The translations under genes and the position numbers were made by a program. A DNA stretch of 64,000 nt, taken from a virus. The notes below the pieces were generated by a model. The model was not told the DNA's origin, ran no database searches, and was given only the letters and a program-made list of their open reading frames with translations. Within the stretch, counting starts at the first letter, position 1. Each line of letters opens with the position of its first letter. This document shows positions 36,482 to 45,638 of this stretch, piece by piece. The DNA is taken from IMG/VR virus record IMGVR_UViG_3300021432_000008, positions 12,941 to 76,940 of that record; one strand, written 5' to 3'.

Positions 36482-39400
36482 GTTGTCGCCTCCTCTGCCT
36501 GCCGTGCGTAAATGCGTGCGGATGCGGAATCGCCTTCGCTCATCGCCCGCTCCGCCAGCCGGGCGAACTGCCATGCGCGGCCGGAACGCTGATACCGCGC
36601 CGGCGGTCGCTGCGGATCGTACTTCGCCCCCAGGTCCGCGTAGAGCTTCACCTCGCCGTCCATCGGGTAGACGTAGGGCACCTGATCATCGGGAAGGCTA
36701 CCAATGTTCTGAGTGTGCCCGCCAGCGATCAGCTTGCCATCCTTCGTGAGACGATCCATCGCGGACTGGAACTGCCGCACGGTGAGCGTCGGATGTGCCG
36801 CACGTGCCGCCTCGTAGACCTGCTTCATCATGGGCTGTCCGAAGCTGTTCTTCTTCTTGGCGGCAATCACGTTGTCGAGGATCGTGTTCAGCACCTCGGT
36901 GGAACCCGAAGGCTGGATCTTCCACGGGTTCAGGTCCGCCGTCTTCCCGGCGGCGCGCTGCTGCATCATGGTCGTGGCGCCGAGAGCCTGCTTCATCTGG
37001 GCTGGCGACATGCCCAGCAGAGGATGGCCGGCGAACGGACTGGAGGACTGCTCCTCCGGCTCGGACGAAGCGGCAGGCGCCGGGCCCTCACCGCCCTTGC
37101 CGGTGAATTGCCCGCCACCGGGGCCGGCGTCCTTGTGTTCATGCCCGCTAGAGTCTTTCACAAAATCACCTCCATTCTTGCGATCCGGGGTGGGTGCTGG
37201 AGCTTGTGGCCTGGTTGTTTGTGCGGCAAGAGGGGCGGCGCTCGATGCTGGGCTTGCCGGAGGCTTGCCGGGGGCCTGTGGCCTCATCTGGTGCGGCTGA
37301 ATGTCGATGTAGCCCAGCGGTCCGCGGTCGCCCTGGATGAACCGCCCCGACGTCGGTTCCATGTGCGGGTCGTTGGCCGACTGGAGCGTGAGCCGGTCCT
37401 CCTTCTGCCACTTCTGGAGCAGCTGGTGCATCTGCGCGTCGGTGATCTCGGGATGTTTCTGGCGGATGAGATCCACGAGGCGGGGAATCTTGGGCATCGG
37501 CTTGTCGGGCAAGGTCTGCATCTCGCGCTCGAGCTGCTGGTAGGCTTCGCGGGTGGCGTCCCAGAGGTTAGCCTCCCGCTCCGCCTGTGCCGTGGCCTCG
37601 TTGCTCTGCGTGCCGCCGGGGCGCTGGCGGGTGCCGGCAGCGGTAACGACGGGGGAAGGGGTGGTTGGCGGCGCTGCAAGCCCCAGCTTGTCCTTGATCC
37701 TCTGGAAGCCGGGGGATGCCTCGATCTGCTTGCGCACGTTCTCCGGCGACTGTTCGTAGGAGGTTCGCAGGATCGAGAGCGCCTGCTCGTAGCGCTCCTT
37801 CGTGCCTGCGTCGCGGTAGTCCCCCTTGGCCGGATCAGCCTCGGCCAGCCCATAGCTGCCCGCCGCCTGACGCCAGGTGGTCGGGTGGATGGGGGCAGAG
37901 ACATTGCCAGCCAGATGGTCGGCCAGTTCGCCAATGCGAGCGCCGAGCGACCGCTCACCCTCTGTATTGCCGTGCGGCCCCCACTGGCCAGCGAGAGCCT
38001 TGGCCTCGTCCTTGCTGATGGACCGGGGAGCGGTTGTTGCGCCGGCGTTGCGCGGTTGTGGCGCCGGCATTGCGGCCGGCTGTGCCGGAGCAGCGGTAGC
38101 CTTTTGCGGTTGTTGCGCGGTTGTTGCGCCGGGCGCAACTTGTGGCTTTGCGGCAGCTTTCCCCCCGTACTTCGCCTGAAGGTCGGGGTAGTCGGCAAGG
38201 ACAGCGGGAGGGACGGACTTGCCACTTTTTAGCGCCGTTTCCACCAATGATCGATGAACCGCATTATCCTTGATCTTGAGCGGTGTCTCCTGTGCATCCT
38301 TGATCTGCTTTTCAATGGCCACAGCTGCGGCGTACTTTGCATCGTCGAGAATGACGCCACTCTTAACCTTCGCTTCATAGAGAGCCTGATCTATGCCGCC
38401 TGATGCCAGTTCCTTGCGGAAACGGTCGGTAATACTCTTATTCAGGAGAAGCCCCTGGTTGTCCTGCCGGAGCTTATCGACGCGATGCTTAACATCGGCC
38501 AACCACTCGTCAGCCGACTGGGTATGGCGATTGTCGTTCTTCGGATCACGGACGAAGCTTAGATCGTCGCGGTTGTGCCATGCCCGGTTGCCCTTGGTAT
38601 CTTCCACGCCCACACGCCCGCTTCCCATGCCTCCACTGCCGCGCATGATTCCGACTGTACCATCTTTGGTTCGCACTACATCGCCAAATGTGGGAAGACG
38701 CGACTGTGACTCGTATTCGTTGACTGTCATCTCCCACGGCTCTTTCTTCGCCGCCGACTTCGCTTCAGGTGCCGGCGCAGCAGCAGTAGCCTTCGCCGGC
38801 ACCTCCGGCACGGCTGCTGGCGGCTGCGTTGCCGCTGGCTTCTCCGCCGCCGCCAGCGCCTGCTTGTGCGCCGCCGCCGTCGGCACGAACCCCGGCGCGC
38901 CGATGGCCTGCGCCGCCGAGCGGTGCTTGCGACCCACGGGTGTACCCTCCTGTGCGGCCAGGGCGCCGGCGATGGCTTCCATGCGGGCGTCGGCGGCGGC
39001 TGGCGCCGGCGGCTTCGGTGCCTCCTTCGGCACGGCAGGGCTAGTTGGTGGCCGTGTTGCAATCGTCGTTGCCACGCCGCCACGAGGGTGAGGTGGGAAG
39101 CGTTCCCGCTTGTGCCCTGTCGTACTCTCCAGCTGCTCGATGCCCGTATTCCCACCAGACTGAAGGGTCAAGAGGTCGCGCTTTTGCATGTCGCGTAGCA
39201 GATCGTGGAAAGCCGGCTCCGTGAGTTGTGGATGCGCTTGCTTGAGCTGGTCGTAAATGTCCGGTATCGACGGAGTGATGCCGTACTTGTCGGGCTTGTT
39301 GATCTGGAAAATATCGCGCTCAACGGCAAGCGTATCCGGCACGGCAGGGCCTGCCGAGGCAGGCGCGGGTGCCGGTCGAGGCGCCGCGGGCTTTGCGGAT

Positions 39401-41094
39401 GTTGGTGCTGGCGACGGTTTCACTTCCCCCGCCGTTGCCGGCTCCACGTTACCGCCACGCCGGCGGACCTCCATGCGTTCGGGCGTGAGGACCTGACCGG
39501 GGCGGCTGAGGTTCTTCCACGAGCCATCGGGCTGCTGCTCGAACGTGTCGTTGTAGGAGACGACACGGGCGGATTTGGGAGCAACGGGAGCGGGCTGTGG
39601 CGCTGCCCCCTCGTCAGGCAGCTTGATCTTGCCCTGTTTCGCGAGCCCGTTGACGTACTCCAACGCCCCTTCGTGGCTGATCGCCTGACCGCGGTCCTTC
39701 ATGAGCTGACCAACGTGGTGAGCCAGTTCGCCAGCGGTCGCTTCGGGGTCGGCCTTCAGGTAGTCAGTGACGGACTTCTCGACGTTCTCCCTGGCGGGAG
39801 GTTGCTCCTTCTTGCCCCGTGGCTGGTATTCGTCGTTGTGGGCGCTCATCGCAGCAGCGTTCGCCTTGACGACGTTGTTCAGAGCGCCCACGACATATTT
39901 CAAGGCATCAGCTTCCTCTGCCGAGTAGTGCGGACTGCGCATCGAGCCCCTGACAGAATTCATCGCCACATTCAGCGCGCCAAAGACTTCGGCATGCGCT
40001 GCGGCAGCCTCTTCGGGATTGCCACGTTCAGCTGCCACGGTTGCGGTGCCAAGTAGACTTTTCACCTCTTCCATCGGCTTGTGGAGTTGATGTAGCCAGG
40101 CGACATGATTGCTGGCGTCCTTGATCACCAGCTCTGCCCTGCTCAGCGCTTCCACAACGGCAGCGCTGTCGGCAACCCCCTCGGCGCCTTCTGCCTCTTC
40201 GGGTGGCGATGAAGGCCCTGCTGGCTCGGTCGCCGGCGCTTCCTTCTTCACCCCCTCCGGCAACGGCACTTCCTTCCCCGGATGCTCCTCGCGCAGCGCC
40301 AGTCCTTCCGCCACCTGCTCGCGCGACCGCCCACCCAGAACTCCCCCCATCATCTGCCGCAACTGCCGCAGCTGGTTAATGTCCATGCCCACCAGCGTAT
40401 CGATGATTTCGCGCGGATCGCCCTCGCCCTTCTCGCGGAACGCCTTCACCTTGGCCGCGGCGTCCTCGAGCGCCAGCCGTTCGGGATGCGCGGCTTCCTT
40501 GCCCGTGACGTGGGCGATGAGGGCACGCGCCAGGTGCCCCTTGACCTTGCTCCGCAGCCCGCGCGGCTGTAGCCCCAGGCTGTGCCCCAGCGTCAGGATC
40601 TCGCCGTGAGAGAGGGCAAGCAGGCCGTCCGTGACAGCGTTGACGTGTTCCGGCGTGATGTCGGCGGCGTTGAGGCCCTGGAGCAAGCCACTCACTTCCT
40701 GGGCACGGTTGAGGGGCTGGCGTGGTTGAGGGGCCTCTTTCGGCGTCGCCGTCTTGCGAGAGCCCGGCTCCTGCTCTTGATAGCGCGTTTCACCCGTGCT
40801 GTCGCTGGTCCACTTGGTCTTACCAGCCTTCGACGTGCCTCTTGTCCAGCCGGCATGGCGCAGGGCATCGTCGGGGTCGCGGTCGTAGCGCAGGGATTGC
40901 CCGATGCCGGCGAATTGCAGGATCTCGCGGACCAGCGCCGCATGCTCCAGTGAGGCGCGAGCGAACAGACGCAACTGGTCGCCCGGTCCTTCATCGACGA
41001 TACCGGCGACGGCCGAGGCGTAGTCGAGCAGGTCGGCGTCGGGCAGGTCGCCGTCGATGGCGTCGAGCAACAGGGTGGCGTGGTCAAGGGACAT
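36478..41094 (-). CDS. large polyvalent / internal virion protein, 1538 aa
   Basis: Follows the portal region; Pro/Ala linkers; three related helical modules; KEPWEMT and VPPAVLADYPDL motifs. Confidence 0.75.
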   Translation of the reverse strand: MSLDHATLLLDAIDGDLPDADLLDYASAVAGIVDEGPGDQLRLFARASLEHAALVREILQFAGIGQSLRYDRDPDDALRHAGWTRGTSKAGKTKWTSDSTGETRYQEQEPGSRKTATPKEAPQPRQPLNRAQEVSGLLQGLNAADITPEHVNAVTDGLLALSHGEILTLGHSLGLQPRGLRSKVKGHLARALIAHVTGKEAAHPERLALEDAAAKVKAFREKGEGDPREIIDTLVGMDINQLRQLRQMMGGVLGGRSREQVAEGLALREEHPGKEVPLPEGVKKEAPATEPAGPSSPPEEAEGAEGVADSAAVVEALSRAELVIKDASNHVAWLHQLHKPMEEVKSLLGTATVAAERGNPEEAAAAHAEVFGALNVAMNSVRGSMRSPHYSAEEADALKYVVGALNNVVKANAAAMSAHNDEYQPRGKKEQPPARENVEKSVTDYLKADPEATAGELAHHVGQLMKDRGQAISHEGALEYVNGLAKQGKIKLPDEGAAPQPAPVAPKSARVVSYNDTFEQQPDGSWKNLSRPGQVLTPERMEVRRRGGNVEPATAGEVKPSPAPTSAKPAAPRPAPAPASAGPAVPDTLAVERDIFQINKPDKYGITPSIPDIYDQLKQAHPQLTEPAFHDLLRDMQKRDLLTLQSGGNTGIEQLESTTGHKRERFPPHPRGGVATTIATRPPTSPAVPKEAPKPPAPAAADARMEAIAGALAAQEGTPVGRKHRSAAQAIGAPGFVPTAAAHKQALAAAEKPAATQPPAAVPEVPAKATAAAPAPEAKSAAKKEPWEMTVNEYESQSRLPTFGDVVRTKDGTVGIMRGSGGMGSGRVGVEDTKGNRAWHNRDDLSFVRDPKNDNRHTQSADEWLADVKHRVDKLRQDNQGLLLNKSITDRFRKELASGGIDQALYEAKVKSGVILDDAKYAAAVAIEKQIKDAQETPLKIKDNAVHRSLVETALKSGKSVPPAVLADYPDLQAKYGGKAAAKPQVAPGATTAQQPQKATAAPAQPAAMPAPQPRNAGATTAPRSISKDEAKALAGQWGPHGNTEGERSLGARIGELADHLAGNVSAPIHPTTWRQAAGSYGLAEADPAKGDYRDAGTKERYEQALSILRTSYEQSPENVRKQIEASPGFQRIKDKLGLAAPPTTPSPVVTAAGTRQRPGGTQSNEATAQAEREANLWDATREAYQQLEREMQTLPDKPMPKIPRLVDLIRQKHPEITDAQMHQLLQKWQKEDRLTLQSANDPHMEPTSGRFIQGDRGPLGYIDIQPHQMRPQAPGKPPASPASSAAPLAAQTTRPQAPAPTPDRKNGGDFVKDSSGHEHKDAGPGGGQFTGKGGEGPAPAASSEPEEQSSSPFAGHPLLGMSPAQMKQALGATTMMQQRAAGKTADLNPWKIQPSGSTEVLNTILDNVIAAKKKNSFGQPMMKQVYEAARAAHPTLTVRQFQSAMDRLTKDGKLIAGGHTQNIGSLPDDQVPYVYPMDGEVKLYADLGAKYDPQRPPARYQRSGRAWQFARLAERAMSEGDSASARIYARQAEEATT

Positions 41095-41097
41095 GGG

Positions 41098-41319
41098 TCA
41101 CTCCTCAAGCGGGTCTGGCATTCCGGCAGTCTGCTCCTCCAGCATTGTGCAAATCGACTCTTCCCAGTACTCCATGAGGAACTTGCTCGCAGCGTCCAGC
41201 AACGGCACAACGCTGTTGCTCGTCGCCACCAGCGCCATGCCGGTTTCCGCGATTGCCGCTGCGGCACGAATCAACTCGATCTCCACGGCATGCTGCCGTG
41301 CTTTTTCGTCGTCGGTCAT
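41098..41319 (-). CDS. hypothetical protein
   Basis: GGAG RBS; 73 aa. Confidence 0.55.
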   Translation of the reverse strand: MTDDEKARQHAVEIELIRAAAAIAETGMALVATSNSVVPLLDAASKFLMEYWEESICTMLEEQTAGMPDPLEE

Positions 41320-41426
41320 TGCTTACTCTCCATTTGAGATAGAATTTGTCTCTATAGCCTATTTCTCTATACTCTCTTGAATTTTCCCCTTATAGGAAAA
41401 AATTTCCCTTGTAGGGAAAGAGAGTA

Positions 41427-41729
41427 TCAGCCTCCCTCCACCAGCAGCACGCGGCGTCCCTTCGTCACCAGCTCAACGGCCTTCTCGTTGGCCTTGCTGG
41501 CGTCGGGCTCAACATGGACCGCCACGCCAACGAGCAGCGGAGACGGCGTTTCCTTCAGCTGCTCGATGGTTGGGGAAATCCTCCGTCCCGCGTCCTCCGT
41601 CATCACGATCGCGTCGAACGGCTCGCGTCCGTGCGTCTCTTCCGCGACCTTCACGCAGAAGGCGCGGATCTGCTCCAGCGGCTTGTCGGCGTCCAGCGTC
41701 AGCCGGCGAATGAATGAACGATGCTCCAC
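41427..41729 (-). CDS. hypothetical protein
   Basis: 100 aa, coupled to the upstream gene. Confidence 0.55.
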   Translation of the reverse strand: MEHRSFIRRLTLDADKPLEQIRAFCVKVAEETHGREPFDAIVMTEDAGRRISPTIEQLKETPSPLLVGVAVHVEPDASKANEKAVELVTKGRRVLLVEGG

Positions 41730-41731
41730 TG

Positions 41732-41845
41732 TCAGTCCTCCTCTTCTTCCGCCGGCGCCTCAGCGTCCGGCACCAGATCCAGAATGAGCCCGTCTTCCGT
41801 CTCGACAGGCTCGCCATCGAACAGTTCGTCGAGGATGTTGTTCAT
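41732..41845 (-). CDS. 37-aa highly acidic peptide
   Basis: GGAGG RBS; MNNILDELFDGEPVETEDGLILDLVPDAEAPAEEEED. Confidence 0.5.
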   Translation of the reverse strand: MNNILDELFDGEPVETEDGLILDLVPDAEAPAEEEED

Positions 41846-42105
41846 CGCAAGAACCTCCACCAGAGAAACAGTTGTATCGCGGCCCCAGCGAGCGCACCGG
41901 CCAGTAACCCCGGCCATGCCCTCCGCCAGAGGAGCCTAAGGGTGGATTCCGTGGGCTTAACGAAGTGTGGCACGTAGCCCTTCGGCGGTGCGTCCGGTAT
42001 CGGTCGCGGTGGTATCATCACTGCCGGTCCTCTCAGCGGCGCAATCGCTCCCTCGGGTTTGTCGATGCGCTCGCCCTTGGCGTTCACGTAGACTGGCTGG
42101 CTCAT
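41842..42105 (-). CDS. small protein with C-terminal transmembrane helix
   Basis: AWPGLLAGALAGAAIQLFLWW. Confidence 0.55.
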   Translation of the reverse strand: MSQPVYVNAKGERIDKPEGAIAPLRGPAVMIPPRPIPDAPPKGYVPHFVKPTESTLRLLWRRAWPGLLAGALAGAAIQLFLWWRFLR

Positions 42106-45100
42106 TGAAATATCCCCCACTTTTTGAACACGTCGCTGCACTTCGGAAAGCGCTTCACGATCTCCGCTCGGTCGGTGTCCGTCCCGTGGACCAGCCGGAA
42201 GAACTCCGCGAAGCCCTCACGCGGCAGCGTCTTCGCGTAGTCCGACAGCCCGCCCGGCTTGATCTCGCTCTGGTACGCCTCCTGCCACTCAGGCGAAGAC
42301 GAGATCTCGTACTCCGGCCCATCGACGGCATGACCGAACTCGTGGGCGTACAGTTCGCGCGCCGGCTGGCCTCTTGGCGTATCGCCGTCGAGGTGGAGGC
42401 GCTTCCGCGAGCCGTCGTAACCGCCGCCAGCGATCTTGCCGGCGAACGCTGCCAGCTGCGAGGGCGGCAGGGCGCCCTTCGTGAGATCCTGACACGAGCC
42501 ATAGAAGCGATACTCTCTTGCACCTTTGTTGAATCGCTCAAGAGCCTTCGCGGGCAGGGCGTGAAGGACCTGGCTTGCAGTAGCCCGGCACGCCTGTCGC
42601 TTCGTTTCGCCAAGAGCGGCATGGCGGTTGAGGGCATCGTCCAGGCGGAAGTGGGCGGCTTCCAGCGAATGGGCGCGGGAGGGAGAGGGCTTGTCGGGTT
42701 CCGGCTCGGCGGCGGGCTTTGTGGGCTCGGTGCGCTTCATCAGGTCCATCATGGAGGAGAGGGAGCCAGCGCCTTCCGCGACGGGGTCAACCTCTCCTTT
42801 CGGCTTCCACTCGCTTTCGGTTTCTCCTCCGGTCGGCGCCTTCTCGTACCCGGCTTTCGTCAGGGCATGGGCATAGATGCGTCGGCGTCTTTCCTCTGTC
42901 ACGCCGTAGTGGATGCCCAGGCCGGCTTTTGCTGCCTTGCCCAGAAACGTCTGGAACTTGTGCATCAGATCAACAGTGCCCGGTTGAAGTTTCTTATTGG
43001 TCACGTCATACGAGGCATCCTGGGTGTATTGGATATACACCGCCTTATCTTGCGGCAGGAATTCCAGGCCAAGTTTACGACCAGCTTCCTCGACAATCAC
43101 GTCATCGTCCCCGGAGTCGGGACTGACAGACTCGCCGAACACTTCCTTCACGGCAGACTGGAATGCCCGTCGTGCTTCCTTCCTCTCGGCACGGCGTTTC
43201 TCCTTTTCCTCCTCCGTCCCCGACCGCCGTTTTTCCTTGTCGGCCTTCCGGCTATCGATGGACTGCTTCAGTTCCTTCCACCGCGCCATGGCGGCGTCAG
43301 CCTTCGCAATCGCATCGTCGGGCTGAGCCTTCTGCTCCACCTTCGCCTTCTCTTCCGGCGTCGCCTTCTCCATCACGTCGCCGGGGATGAACTCGCCGCC
43401 CGTGTAGAACGTACCGCCAATCGTGACACCACCCGCCGGAGCATGGTGCGCCGCGAACCGCAGCACCATCTCGTCAGCCAGCTCGCCCTTGCCGCACTTG
43501 CGCAAGTGGTTCACCACTCTGGCCAGCCGGGCGTGACGCAGGCTGACGGGGGCGAAGGGCGGAACCGCTGGCCGCATGGATGCGGAAGGGGCAGCGCTCG
43601 ATGAAGGGGTGACGGCGCCGGAGTCGGGGGCCTCGGTGGGAGGCTCCACGACCACGTCCGGCTTCACCGTGTCGTCTTGCTCCCGTGCATACCGCAGTGC
43701 CTCCGTCGCCTCCCGCATGGCCCGCAGAGCGTCGAGGAAGTCGCCCCCGCCTCCGGGCTGGCCGTTGGGCTGTTCGTCTCCTGGCGCCCCCTCTGGCGAT
43801 GGTGAGCCTCCACCACCTCCCATCAATGCCGCCAGAGGGTCAGCCCCACCGCCAGCCCCCGGCGGCCCACCGCCGGGGGCACCGCCCGCGGGCTGCGGCG
43901 GTTGCACCAGCTCGTCGCCGTCCGCCGGCTTGCCGAACCCAGCCGCGTCGCGCATGTCGTCGGCGCGGGTGGGAATGCCCATGTCCACGAGTGTCTTGCC
44001 CGAAGTGACCTTCTCTTGGTCCATCTTCGAGCCGTGATCGTAGACAAACGACACGGGGAAGTCGCTTATCGTCTCGGGAAAGCTGTACTCCTGCATGATG
44101 CTGACCATGCCGGGGTTGTACGTGTCCCCCGTCATGCTCATGGCGTGCCAGGCTGCATCCTGGCGAGCAATGGCTTCTTTGGTGTCCTGCTGAAACTCCG
44201 AAGACGACTTGTTGCTGTGCCCATCGGCCGACGTGGCACTGGCGCTGCCCTCCTGCCCCACGACGTAGCGCTCCATCTGCTTGTCGAAATACTCCACCAG
44301 CTTGATCATCTCCCCCGCGCCGGCCGTGGGCACCTCCAGACGCTCCAGCGTGGTACTTCGCTCCTGTCCGGGGATGACGGGAACGAAGAGGTTGGCGCGG
44401 TCCGACTGGTTCTTGGCCGCCGTCTGTGCGGCGTTCAGCGCTTCCACGTTGCCGGACGGGTAGGTCCAGATGTTGACGCCCAGCCCTATGCGGTCATAGA
44501 ACTCAGCAACCCTGCCAAGGAAGTCTTTCTTGAGGAAGTCGCACCAGAACAGGTGCGAGCGGATGCCGACGCCGTGGATGGCGTCCCCCTGCATCGAGCC
44601 CAGGAAGAAGTCGCGGTCCTCCATGAACTGGTAGTGCAAGAGGAAACGCTTCCGCCATGTTCCGCGCAGGGAGAGTGCCCTTCCCACGGTCGTGTTGACG
44701 ATGGAAGCGTTGGGGTCGAGGTGTCTCAACTCGTTCGTGTAGGCGCTGTTCACGAGGACGTAGGGGGTGCCGTCGAGCTGGTGGCCGATCTTGTCTCCCT
44801 GGACCTCCCACGCCTGCAAGACGCTGAGAGCCTTTCGCTTCTTCGCTCCCGTGCCGAACTGCTGATCCGGGTTGGGCAGCCCCATCTCGTCGAGGCGGGC
44901 GCCGTAGGCTTTCTCCGCTCCACGATCGGCGGGATCTTCAAGCATGCGCTCGCGGAGGTAGCGGAGCACGGGGTCAATGCGCATCATGGCCTGTGCAGCA
45001 GCGGGAGCGGGTGCCGGCTGCTGCTGGGTAGGCTGTTTGCCCTTGTCCTTCTTCGCGTCGAAGTCGTCGCGGACATCCGTCTTGCCCCACTCGATCTGCA

Positions 45101-45635
45101 CGCCCTGCCGGCCGAACCAGATGGCCCAGTAGTGCGACGGGATGATCCGCGGCATCTGGGTGACGGCCTTCATCTGGCGCGTGAGGCTGTCCTTGACATG
45201 GACCTGCCAGGGGTCCTTCTCGTCGGGCACTTCCAGGTGCCACTTGCGGGACGATACCGCCAGCATGCGCTCCTGAAGCAAGCCGCGAAGGTAGACGTCG
45301 TTGAGCATGTCAACAGCGTCCTTGCGGCCGTGGCGCATCGCCTCATCGTACATGGTCTGCCAGAACGTGTAGTCGCCGCCCGTGGTTCTCGCGACGAAGA
45401 GGTAGCCGCCCGGCAGCGCCAGGCCGCCGGGGTGGGCGTTGCCGTCTGGGACCTTGCGATCGGAGCGGATGGGCCGGCCCATGCCGTCCACCAGCTGGGG
45501 CGCTCCGCCTGCTGAGATGTGCTGGAGCGCCATGTCGGAGAAGGCGTTGCCCACGGACACCTTGCCCTGCGGGTAGATGCCCGGCTCCGTGAAGGAGTGC
45601 GTCGGCTGCTGGAGTGTCGAGCGGGAGCGGGCCAT
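42102..45635 (-). CDS. portal protein (Mu gp29/DUF935-like) fused to an ATLF-like zinc metallopeptidase
   Basis: LQERMLAVSSRKW, AIWFGRQGVQIEW and YFDKQMERYVVGQ portal motifs; C-terminal YAHEFGHAVD...SDYA...EGFAE. Confidence 0.85.
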   Translation of the reverse strand: MARSRSTLQQPTHSFTEPGIYPQGKVSVGNAFSDMALQHISAGGAPQLVDGMGRPIRSDRKVPDGNAHPGGLALPGGYLFVARTTGGDYTFWQTMYDEAMRHGRKDAVDMLNDVYLRGLLQERMLAVSSRKWHLEVPDEKDPWQVHVKDSLTRQMKAVTQMPRIIPSHYWAIWFGRQGVQIEWGKTDVRDDFDAKKDKGKQPTQQQPAPAPAAAQAMMRIDPVLRYLRERMLEDPADRGAEKAYGARLDEMGLPNPDQQFGTGAKKRKALSVLQAWEVQGDKIGHQLDGTPYVLVNSAYTNELRHLDPNASIVNTTVGRALSLRGTWRKRFLLHYQFMEDRDFFLGSMQGDAIHGVGIRSHLFWCDFLKKDFLGRVAEFYDRIGLGVNIWTYPSGNVEALNAAQTAAKNQSDRANLFVPVIPGQERSTTLERLEVPTAGAGEMIKLVEYFDKQMERYVVGQEGSASATSADGHSNKSSSEFQQDTKEAIARQDAAWHAMSMTGDTYNPGMVSIMQEYSFPETISDFPVSFVYDHGSKMDQEKVTSGKTLVDMGIPTRADDMRDAAGFGKPADGDELVQPPQPAGGAPGGGPPGAGGGADPLAALMGGGGGSPSPEGAPGDEQPNGQPGGGGDFLDALRAMREATEALRYAREQDDTVKPDVVVEPPTEAPDSGAVTPSSSAAPSASMRPAVPPFAPVSLRHARLARVVNHLRKCGKGELADEMVLRFAAHHAPAGGVTIGGTFYTGGEFIPGDVMEKATPEEKAKVEQKAQPDDAIAKADAAMARWKELKQSIDSRKADKEKRRSGTEEEKEKRRAERKEARRAFQSAVKEVFGESVSPDSGDDDVIVEEAGRKLGLEFLPQDKAVYIQYTQDASYDVTNKKLQPGTVDLMHKFQTFLGKAAKAGLGIHYGVTEERRRRIYAHALTKAGYEKAPTGGETESEWKPKGEVDPVAEGAGSLSSMMDLMKRTEPTKPAAEPEPDKPSPSRAHSLEAAHFRLDDALNRHAALGETKRQACRATASQVLHALPAKALERFNKGAREYRFYGSCQDLTKGALPPSQLAAFAGKIAGGGYDGSRKRLHLDGDTPRGQPARELYAHEFGHAVDGPEYEISSSPEWQEAYQSEIKPGGLSDYAKTLPREGFAEFFRLVHGTDTDRAEIVKRFPKCSDVFKKWGIFQ

Positions 45636-45638
45636 TGG

